Source: Acidocella sp.
GTDB taxonomy: Bacteria; Pseudomonadota; Alphaproteobacteria; Acetobacterales; Acetobacteraceae
Length of the DNA: 64,000 nucleotides
Reading direction: 5' to 3'
NCBI GenBank assembly: GCA_965198835.1
Contig: OZ240675.1
Coordinates: 534,328 to 598,327 of the forward strand
Positions 57,017 to 64,000 of the stretch are shown here, one piece after another. Both the position numbers and the translations under genes were made by a program. A model generated the notes under the pieces. The model saw nothing but the letters and a program-made list of their open reading frames with translations. It was not told the DNA's origin and did no database searches. How positions within the stretch are numbered: the first letter of the stretch is position 1; each line of letters opens with the position of its first letter.

Positions 57017-59620
57017 ATGAACAAAGAATACCGCAAGAAGCTTCCAGGCTCGGAACTGGATTATTTCGATGCGCGGGCTGCCGTGGAGGCGATCAAGCCG
57101 GGCGCCTATCAAGGGCTGCCTTACACCTCCCGCGTGCTGGCGGAAAACCTGGTGCGGCGCTGCGACCCGGCGCTGCTGCATGACGCCCTGACGCAGCTGA
57201 TCGAGCGCAAGCGCGATATCGACTTTCCCTGGTATCCGGCGCGTGTGGTTTGCCATGACATTCTGGGGCAGACGGCGCTGGTGGATCTTGCGGGCCTGCG
57301 CGATGCGATCGCCGATATGGGCGGCGATCCGGCCAAGGTGAACCCGGTGGTGCCGGTGCAGCTGATCGTCGATCACAGCCTGGCGGTGGAGCATGGCGGG
57401 TTCGAGAAGGACGCGTTCGCCAAAAACCGCGCCATCGAGGACCGCCGCAACGAAGACCGCTTTCATTTCATCGACTGGACGAAGGAAGCCTTCGAGAATA
57501 TCGAAATCGTCCCGCCAGGCAACGGCATCATGCACCAGATCAACCTGGAGCGGATGTCGCCGGTGATCTACAGCAAGGACGGCGTCGCCTTCCCCGACAC
57601 GCTGGTCGGCACCGACAGCCATACGCCGCATGTCGATGCGCTGGGCGTGGTCGCCATCGGTGTCGGCGGGCTGGAGGCCGAGAACGTCATGCTGGGCCGC
57701 GCTTCCTGGATGCGGCTGCCGGATATCATCGGCGTGGAGCTTTCGGGCAAGCGGCAGCCGGGCATTACCGCCACCGATATCGTGCTGACGCTAACGGCGT
57801 TTTTGCGGAGTCAGAAAGTCGTCGGCGCCTATCTGGAATTCTACGGCGAGGGTGCGTCCAGCCTGACCCTGGGCGACCGCGCCACCATCTCCAACATGGC
57901 GCCGGAATATGGCGCGACGGCGGCGATGTTCTCGATCGATGCGCAGACCATCGAATATCTGCGGCTCACCGGACGCGAGGATTCGCAGCTCAAGCTGGTG
58001 GAGAACTACGCTAAGGTGACCGGGCTGTGGTCCGATGCGCTGAAGACCGCGGAATACGAGCGGGTGCTGAAATTCGACCTTTCCACCGTGGTGCGCACCA
58101 TGGCCGGCCCATCCAACCCGCATAAGCAGCTGCCGGTTTCCGACCTGGCGGCGCGTGGGATTTCCGGCGCCTGGACCAAGGAAGAAGGGCTGATGCCGGA
58201 TGGCGCGGTGATCATCGCCGCCATCACCAGCTGCACCAATACCTCCAACCCGCGCAACGTGATCGCCGCCGGGCTGCTGGCGCGCAACGCCAACCGCGCC
58301 GGGCTTGCGCGCAAGCCCTGGGTGAAATCCTCGCTGGCGCCGGGCTCGAAAACCGTGGCTTTGTATCTGGACGAGGCGGGGCTGACCGCGGAGCTGGAAA
58401 AACTCGGCTTTGGCATCGTCGCCTTTGCCTGCACCACCTGCAACGGCATGTCCGGCGCGCTCGACCCGGTGATCCAGCAGGAAATTATCGACCGCGATCT
58501 GTACGCAACCGCCGTGCTCTCCGGCAACCGCAATTTCGACGGCCGGATTCACCCCTACGCCAAGCAGGCTTTTTTGGCCTCGCCGCCGCTGGTCGTGGCC
58601 TATGCGATCGCCGGAACCATCCGCTTCGATATTGAACAGGACGTACTGGGCATCTCGGACGGCAAGGAAATCCGCCTGAAGGATATCTGGCCGAGCGATG
58701 AGGAGATCGACGCGGTCGCGGCCTCCGCGGTCAAGCCGGAACAGTTCCGCAACGTCTATGCGCCGATGTTCGGCAAAAGCGGGGCGCGCAAAAAAGTCAG
58801 CCCGCTTTACGACTGGCGTCCCGCCAGCACCTATATCCGCCGGCCGCCCTATTGGGAGGGCGCGCTGGCCGGCGAACGCACGCTGACCGGCATGCGGCCT
58901 TTGGCCGTACTGGGCGACAATATCACCACCGACCATCTCTCCCCTTCCAATGCCATCATGGGGAACAGCGCCGCCGGTGAATATTTGCAGAAAATGGGCC
59001 TGCCGGAGGAAGACTATAACTCCTACGCCACCCATCGCGGCGACCACTTAACGGCGCAGCGCGCCACCTTCGCCAACCCGACCTTGCTGAACGAAATGGT
59101 GCGCAACGAAGATGGCAGCGTGAGAAACGGCTCTCTCGCCCGGGTCGAGCCGGAAGGCCGGACCCTGCGTATGTGGGAAGCGATCGAAACCTATATGGAC
59201 CGCAAGCAGCCGTTGATCATCATTGCCGGCGCCGACTACGGCCAGGGCTCTTCCCGCGACTGGGCCGCCAAAGGCGTGCGCCTGGCAGGGGTGGAAGCGA
59301 TCGTGGCGGAAGGCTTCGAGCGCATCCACCGCACCAACCTGATCGGCATGGGCGTGCTGCCGCTGGAATTCAAACCGGGCATCAATCGCCTGACATTGGC
59401 GCTGGACGGCACCGAAACCTACGACGTGACCGGCGAACGCAAACCCCGCCGGGACCTGACGCTGGTGATCCACCGCAAGGACGGCAGCAGGCAAGAAGTT
59501 CCCGTCACCTGCCGCCTGGACACCGAAGAAGAAATCTCCGTCTACGCCGCCGGCGGCGTACTGCAACGCTTCGCCCAGGATTTTCTGGAAGCGACGGCAG
59601 AAGGAAAGAAGGCAAGTTAA
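57017..59620 (+). CDS. acnD: Fe/S-dependent 2-methylcitrate dehydratase AcnD (aconitase family)
   Basis: 867 aa. The N-terminus MNKEYRKKLPGSELDYFDARAAVEAIKPGAY..LPYTSRVLAENLVRRC is AcnD-specific. Aconitase Cys ligand regions are present. Followed by prpF. Confidence 0.9.
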   Translation: MNKEYRKKLPGSELDYFDARAAVEAIKPGAYQGLPYTSRVLAENLVRRCDPALLHDALTQLIERKRDIDFPWYPARVVCHDILGQTALVDLAGLRDAIADMGGDPAKVNPVVPVQLIVDHSLAVEHGGFEKDAFAKNRAIEDRRNEDRFHFIDWTKEAFENIEIVPPGNGIMHQINLERMSPVIYSKDGVAFPDTLVGTDSHTPHVDALGVVAIGVGGLEAENVMLGRASWMRLPDIIGVELSGKRQPGITATDIVLTLTAFLRSQKVVGAYLEFYGEGASSLTLGDRATISNMAPEYGATAAMFSIDAQTIEYLRLTGREDSQLKLVENYAKVTGLWSDALKTAEYERVLKFDLSTVVRTMAGPSNPHKQLPVSDLAARGISGAWTKEEGLMPDGAVIIAAITSCTNTSNPRNVIAAGLLARNANRAGLARKPWVKSSLAPGSKTVALYLDEAGLTAELEKLGFGIVAFACTTCNGMSGALDPVIQQEIIDRDLYATAVLSGNRNFDGRIHPYAKQAFLASPPLVVAYAIAGTIRFDIEQDVLGISDGKEIRLKDIWPSDEEIDAVAASAVKPEQFRNVYAPMFGKSGARKKVSPLYDWRPASTYIRRPPYWEGALAGERTLTGMRPLAVLGDNITTDHLSPSNAIMGNSAAGEYLQKMGLPEEDYNSYATHRGDHLTAQRATFANPTLLNEMVRNEDGSVRNGSLARVEPEGRTLRMWEAIETYMDRKQPLIIIAGADYGQGSSRDWAAKGVRLAGVEAIVAEGFERIHRTNLIGMGVLPLEFKPGINRLTLALDGTETYDVTGERKPRRDLTLVIHRKDGSRQEVPVTCRLDTEEEISVYAAGGVLQRFAQDFLEATAEGKKAS

Positions 59621-59623
59621 GCA

Positions 59624-59647
59624 GCCGCTTTTTTGCAAAAAAGCGGC
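59624..59647 (+). terminator. Perfect 24-nt palindrome GCCGCTTTTTTG/CAAAAAAGCGGC after acnD
   Basis: Begins 4 nt after the acnD stop. Related to the repeat at 50441..50479. Acts as attenuator, terminator or mRNA-stabilising hairpin. Confidence 0.5.
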
Positions 59648-59707
59648 GCAGGAAACGTTTGCAAATCTGTAGCCGGGCGTTTTCAGCGCCCCCGGACCAA
59701 CCCCTAA

Positions 59708-59733
59708 CCACGTCATGCCGGCGCAGGCCGGCA
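59708..59733. repeat. REP-like palindromic repeat, family A (CCACGTCATGCCGGCGCAGGCCGGCA)
   Basis: 26-mer identical to the reverse complement of 63440..63465. Contains the 8-bp stem ATGCCGGC/GCCGGCAT with a GCAG loop. Confidence 0.8.
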
Positions 59734-59760
59734 TCCAAGACTTACTTTGTGAGGTGCCCA

Positions 59761-60942
59761 ATGTCCCCTGCCCCCCAGATAAAAATCCCCGCCACCTATA
59801 TGCGTGGAGGCACCAGCAAAGGCGTTTTCTTCGCCCTGGACGATCTGCCGGAAGCAGCACGCGTTCCCGGCCCAGCCCGCGACCAACTGCTGCTGCGGGT
59901 CATCGGCAGCCCCGATCCCTACGGCAAGCAGATCGACGGCATGGGCGCCGCAACCTCCTCCACCAGCAAAACCGTGATCCTCAGCCGGAGCAAAAAACCG
60001 GATCACGATGTAGATTATCTGTTCGGGCAGGTCTCCATCGACACGGCGTTTGTCGACTGGAGCGGCAATTGCGGAAACCTTTCCGCCGCAGTTGGACCGT
60101 TTGCCATCCGCAACCGGTTGGTGGATGCCAGCCGGCTGCCGCAAGACGGAGTCGCGACCATCCGCATCTGGCAGGCGAATATCGGCAAGACGATCATTGC
60201 GCATGTGGCGATGACCAATGGCGAGGTGCAGGAGACCGGCGGTTTCGAGCTGGATGGGGTGACGTTTCCGGCCGCCGAGGTGCAGCTGGAATTTCTCGAT
60301 CCCGCCGAGGAAGGCGATGGCGGCGCGCTGTTCCCGACCGGCAAGCTGGTCGATACGCTGGAAGTGCCCGGCATCGGCGCGTTCCAGGCGACGATGATCA
60401 ATGCCGGCATCCCGACGATTTTCCTGCAGGCGGATGCGCTAGGCTATACCGGCACGGAGCTGCAGGAGGCGATCAACGGCGATCCGGCGGCCTTGAGAAA
60501 ACTGGAGACGATACGCGCCTATGGGGCGGTGAAAATGGGACTGATCGCAGCACCCGAGCAGGCGGCCGGGCGGCAGCATACGCCGAAGATCGCCTGGGTC
60601 GCGGCACCGCAGGCCTATACGGCGTCATCCGGCAAGAAGATCGGCGCCGGCGACGTGGATCTGCTGGTGCGCGCTATGTCCATGGGCAAGCTGCATCACG
60701 CGATGATGGGCACGGCCTCGGTCGCGATCGCCACCGCGGCCGCGGTGACCGGCACGCTGGTGAACCAGGCGGCCGGCGGCGGCGCGCCGGAGGCCATTTC
60801 TTTTGGCCACCCTTCCGGCACGCTTCGGGTCGGCTCCAAGGCCGAGCTGAAGGACGGCGAGTGGCTGGTGAGCAAGGCAATCATGAGCCGCAGCGCCCGC
60901 GTGCTGATGCAGGGCTGGGTCTGGGTGCCGTTCGAGGCGTGA
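59761..60942 (+). CDS. prpF: 2-methylaconitate cis-trans isomerase PrpF
   Basis: KIPATYMRGGTSKGVFF and NCGNLSAAVGPFA. Start at ATG 59761 within the longer ORF 59173..60942. Confidence 0.9.
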   Translation: MSPAPQIKIPATYMRGGTSKGVFFALDDLPEAARVPGPARDQLLLRVIGSPDPYGKQIDGMGAATSSTSKTVILSRSKKPDHDVDYLFGQVSIDTAFVDWSGNCGNLSAAVGPFAIRNRLVDASRLPQDGVATIRIWQANIGKTIIAHVAMTNGEVQETGGFELDGVTFPAAEVQLEFLDPAEEGDGGALFPTGKLVDTLEVPGIGAFQATMINAGIPTIFLQADALGYTGTELQEAINGDPAALRKLETIRAYGAVKMGLIAAPEQAAGRQHTPKIAWVAAPQAYTASSGKKIGAGDVDLLVRAMSMGKLHHAMMGTASVAIATAAAVTGTLVNQAAGGGAPEAISFGHPSGTLRVGSKAELKDGEWLVSKAIMSRSARVLMQGWVWVPFEA

Positions 60943-60953
60943 AGCGGCCGGCC

Positions 60954-61451
60954 TCAGCTGAGATGCGCGCCATGATGCAGCATTGCCGCCACGCCCGGCA
61001 GGGTGCCGGTGAAGCCCGGTAGCGGCGCCAGCGCGCTTGCATGGGTTTGCGATGTGGCGGGCCGCATCGTGACGGCGCCGGTCTGGCTGAACAGCGCCGA
61101 TGTCAGCCCGATATCCGGGGCAAACATCGCACGATCGAAGCCGCCGGGTGCCTGGTCAGCGGCGCTCTGGAACAAGGCGGCGTCGCCATTGATCCGCGAG
61201 ATGAATTGCATTGTGCCGGCGATGGAAGCCGGGATCGCGATGCCAAGTCTCGCTGCTGCCAAGGCCGCAGCTATCGCCGGCGTTGACCTGCAGGGTCAGG
61301 CTCGCCGCGGTGCGGGCGCCGTGCCGGAGAAGGGCAGGGTCGTGGCGTTGGAGCTGAGCCAGGAGGGCAGCTTCCCGCCATTGGCCAGGCTGGCGATGTA
61401 GGCCATGCTGCCGCCCTGCGGGTCCTCGGATCCGGAGGTTTTCGCCGTCAT
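60954..61451 (-). other. Ambiguous locus: about 165-codon reading frame interrupted by one in-frame TGA, shadowed by an intact antisense 132-codon ORF (61003..61401 +)
   Basis: The minus frame is continuous from ATG 61451 to the stop at 60954 except for TGA at 61296..61298. Both frames share third codon positions and have high GC3. No family recognised. Confidence 0.25.
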
Positions 61452-61591
61452 GTGCGGGGTGCATCTCGGCCTCACGAGGCGGCCGCAATCAACACTTTGT
61501 GTAGCGCTGCGCCTGGAAGGCAGGAGCGATGGCCACACGGGCGCTACTTAGGGCGCTTCTGTTGCCATCGGGTTAATGGATAAAATAATCA

Positions 61592-62497
61592 TCAGGGCGC
61601 GACGCAGCTGCTTTGCGCATAAAGCCGCATCTCCGCCGCCAGATGATCGAAGGTCAGGCGGATGCGGCGGTTGCCGCGCAGATCGGGATGCATCGTCAGC
61701 CAGACCTCCATGGAAAACAGCAGCTCGGCGTGCAGCACCGGGATGAGGTTTTTGTCTTTACCGGCGATGCCCAGCTGGCAGGCGCCGATACCAATGCCGG
61801 CGCGTAAGGCCGCCAGCTGGGCAAGGTCGCTGTCGGAGCGGAAGGCGAACGCCTCGCGCGGGATTGTGCCCATCTTTTCGAGCATGCGGGCGAAGGCCGG
61901 GTCGCGGTCATAGCCGATCAAGGCGTGTTGCCGCAGATCACCCAGGCTGCGTGGCGCAAGCTTGGCTTTCAGATAGCGCCGGTGGGCGTAGAGGCCGACA
62001 TCAATCCGGCCGATGCGTTTGGCGACCAGCGCGGTTTGGGTGGGGCGGACCATGCGCACAGCGATATCCGCGTCGCCGCGCAGCAGGTCTTCGTTGCGGT
62101 TGGATAATGCAAGCTCGATGGCGATCCCGCCTTGTTGCGCGTGCAGATCCGCGAGTATGGCGGGCAGCACTTCGCCGCCGATGATTTCGCTGGCGGTGAT
62201 GCGCACGATGCCGCTTAGCGCATCAGCCTGACCGGATGTTGCGCGCTGCGCTGCCTCGGCGGCGGCCGCCATCGCCTGTGCCGCGGGGAGCAGGCGCAGG
62301 CCGGCTTCCGTCGGCGCCAGGCCATCTAAAGAGCGGGTGAAGAGTTTTTGCCGAAGTGCGGCCTCGAGCGCCGCCACCTGGCGGCCCATGGTGGGCTGGG
62401 TGGTGCCCAGCGCGCGGGCAGCGCGCGACAGGCTGCCTTCCCGCACCACCGCGAGGAAGGCGCGGAACAAATGCCAATCCGGTGGTTGGGCGGCCAT
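61592..62497 (-). CDS. LysR family transcriptional regulator
   Basis: FRAFLAVVREGSLSRAARALGTTQPTMGRQVAALE HTH plus the substrate-binding domain. Confidence 0.85.
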   Translation of the reverse strand: MAAQPPDWHLFRAFLAVVREGSLSRAARALGTTQPTMGRQVAALEAALRQKLFTRSLDGLAPTEAGLRLLPAAQAMAAAAEAAQRATSGQADALSGIVRITASEIIGGEVLPAILADLHAQQGGIAIELALSNRNEDLLRGDADIAVRMVRPTQTALVAKRIGRIDVGLYAHRRYLKAKLAPRSLGDLRQHALIGYDRDPAFARMLEKMGTIPREAFAFRSDSDLAQLAALRAGIGIGACQLGIAGKDKNLIPVLHAELLFSMEVWLTMHPDLRGNRRIRLTFDHLAAEMRLYAQSSCVAP

Positions 62498-62577
62498 GCA
62501 TTGTTGTATGCTTAATGTACGGAACTACGCAATTTATGTTTACCCGGCGGCGGCCTAGATCAGGGTCTGGTTCACAG

Positions 62578-63402
62578 ATGGAGACTTCCATGGCCGAAAC
62601 ACTGACGCGATTTCTGGACGTTGCGGGCGGACGGATGGCCTATGATGACACGGGTTCCGGCCGGCTGATCCTGGCGATCCCGGGGATGGGCGATCTGCGC
62701 TCCGAGTACCGGCTGTTGCGGCCGATGCTGGTGGCCGCGGGCTACCGGATGGTGACGATGGATGTGCGCGGGTTCGGTGAAAGCTCGGCACGCTGGGATG
62801 ATTATTCGGCGCATGCGGTCGGCCGCGATGCGCTGGCCTTGCTCGAATTTCTGGATGCGGGGCCGGCGGTGATCCTCGGCAATTCCTTCGCCGCCGGCTC
62901 GGCACTTTGGGCCGCGCATGACGCGCCGGCGCGCGTTGCCGGCGTGGTGCTGCTGGGGCCGATCGTGCGGGATTTGAAAGTTGGTTGGCTGCAAAAGCTG
63001 GCGCTGCGGATCGGCTTTGCGGGGCCGTGGCGGGGCTGGTTCTGGACCACCTACTGGAACAGCCTGTTCCCGACGCACAAGCCGGCGGACCAGGTGCAGG
63101 TGAAGGCCGCGATCGCAGCAAATTTGCAAGAACCGGGGCGGATGGCGGCACTTGTTGCGATGCTGGGGCTTTCCAAGGCGGATACCGCTGCGATGCTACC
63201 GGCAAGCCGGGTGCCGGCGCTGGTGGTGATGGGATCGAAGGATCCGGATTTTCCGGATGCGGGTGCGGAGGCGGCGTGGCTGGTGGGGGAGATTGGGGCT
63301 GAGCGCCTGGTTGTCGAGGGGGCGGGGCATTATCCGCATGTTGAGATGGCGGAGCGGGTTGCGGGCAAGGTGCAAGCCTTTATCGGGCGGGTGTGGGGTT
63401 AA
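62578..63402 (+). CDS. Alpha/beta hydrolase fold protein
   Basis: LAIPGMGD, nucleophile elbow GNSFAAG, C-terminal GAGHYPH. Start at ATG 62578 (or 62590) within ORF 62356..63402. Confidence 0.8.
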   Translation: METSMAETLTRFLDVAGGRMAYDDTGSGRLILAIPGMGDLRSEYRLLRPMLVAAGYRMVTMDVRGFGESSARWDDYSAHAVGRDALALLEFLDAGPAVILGNSFAAGSALWAAHDAPARVAGVVLLGPIVRDLKVGWLQKLALRIGFAGPWRGWFWTTYWNSLFPTHKPADQVQVKAAIAANLQEPGRMAALVAMLGLSKADTAAMLPASRVPALVVMGSKDPDFPDAGAEAAWLVGEIGAERLVVEGAGHYPHVEMAERVAGKVQAFIGRVWG

Positions 63403-63439
63403 ACGAAGCACTCGCCTGATGCGCCAGATTAAGCCGTGG

Positions 63440-63465
63440 TGCCGGCCTGCGCCGGCATGACGTGG
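63440..63465. repeat. REP-like palindromic repeat, family A (inverted copy)
   Basis: tgccggcctgcgccggcatgacgtgg is the exact reverse complement of 59708..59733. Confidence 0.8.
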
Positions 63466-63522
63466 GGCGGGTGAGTGCTGAAATAGGTGGGTTGGTTTGT
63501 TGTTCTGGTGAAGGAAAGTCGT

Positions 63523-63550
63523 GGATCCCCCGTCTTCGCGGGGGATGACG
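63523..63550. repeat. REP-like palindrome related to family A (GGATCCCCCG-TCTTCG-CGGGGGATGACG)
   Basis: 8-bp stem ATCCCCCG/CGGGGGAT flanked by GATGACG, with the same ...CATGACG/GATGACG edge as family A. Confidence 0.55.
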
Positions 63551-63597
63551 CGGCGGCGGCGGGGGTGCCGGTGGTAGCGCCCGTGGGCCAGGTTGAC

Positions 63598-63645
63598 AGA
63601 GGTGTTTTTGGTTCTTTTTCTTCAGAAAAAGAACTGCTTCCTTGC
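63598..63645. repeat. Palindromic intergenic repeat, family B copy with perfect 10-bp stem (63611..63634)
   Basis: GTTCTTTTTC-TTCA-GAAAAAGAAC. 42/48 identical to 13031..13078. Lies between the convergent hydrolase and ppc genes, so probably a bidirectional terminator. Confidence 0.75.
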
Positions 63646-63646
63646 C

Positions 63647-64000
63647 CTACCCGCTATTTCGCAGCGCTGCAGCAATGCCATTGATGCTGATGTGGACGCC
63701 GCGGCGGACGCGGTCGCTGGCTTCCTGCGGGCTACCTTGCGCGCTGCGGTAGCGGCGCAGCATTTCGACTTGGACGTGGTTCAGGGGGTCAAGATAGGGG
63801 AAGCGGTTGGTGATGGAGCGGCGGAGCAAGGGGTTGCGGTCCAATAAAGCGCGCTGGCCGGTGATGGTCAGGAGGTGTTGGCGGGTCAGGTCGTATTCGC
63901 ACCTGATGCGGGGGAAGATGGCGTTGCGTAGGGCTTCATCCTTGACGAGGCCGGCGTAGCGCTCGGCGATGCGCATGTCGGCCTTAGCCAGCACCATGTC
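63647..64000 (-). CDS. ppc: Phosphoenolpyruvate carboxylase, C-terminal part (gene continues beyond the window)
   Basis: [21 protein letters not shown] and the terminal [12 protein letters not shown] match the conserved PEPC C-terminus. Confidence 0.85.
   Translation of the reverse strand, partial: DMVLAKADMRIAERYAGLVKDEALRNAIFPRIRCEYDLTRQHLLTITGQRALLDRNPLLRRSITNRFPYLDPLNHVQVEMLRRYRSAQGSPQEASDRVRRGVHISINGIAAALRNSG

Noticed and set aside
61296-61298. Selenocysteine recoding at the in-frame TGA (context A-TGA-P-C)
   Set aside because: I see no convincing SECIS-like hairpin at the right distance, only a weak GCCG/CGGC stem. There are no sel genes in the window, and the codon bias right after the TGA favours a frameshifted pseudogene instead. 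Kept only as a remote alternative in the finding.

Overview
High-GC alphaproteobacterial chromosome segment. Diagnostic features are a CcrM-type GANTC methyltransferase, a CtrA-like regulator, a short HprK, a circularly permuted two-piece tmRNA and an HWE-type kinase. About 1-34 kb is syntenic housekeeping: a regulatory PTS module hprK-rapZ-EIIA(Man)-npr, then ccrM, rnhB, tadA, rsmD, purH, an envelope sugar cluster, rpe, rsmB, tRNA-Ala, pheST, pal-ybgF-tilS-ftsH and ssrA. About 34-52 kb looks accessory: a catabolic cluster of DUF1302 porin-like OMP, Gfo/Idh/MocA, SDRs, ALDH, crotonase, DUF35 plus SCP2-type thiolase, DUF2889, amidohydrolase, MFS and two TetR. It shows gene decay (a CYP101-like P450 stump and a truncated receiver) and an unusual 6 x 16-bp palindromic tandem array carrying four GANTC sites in a divergent promoter. 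About 52-64 kb holds a CheB-CheR-PAS-HWE kinase with its response regulator, GntR-acnD-prpF, an ambiguous interrupted ORF, LysR, a hydrolase and the 3' end of ppc. I saw no transposase, integrase, CRISPR array, rRNA or recognisable defence genes. The most second-look-worthy items are the CtrA paralogue with a completely degenerate receiver, the GANTC-bearing repeat array, the P450-less DUF35/thiolase/DUF2889/amidohydrolase module, and two families of palindromic intergenic repeats. All calls come from reading the ORF translations and DNA by eye, with no searches run. Start codons are often uncertain because the ORF track renders TTG/GTG starts as M.
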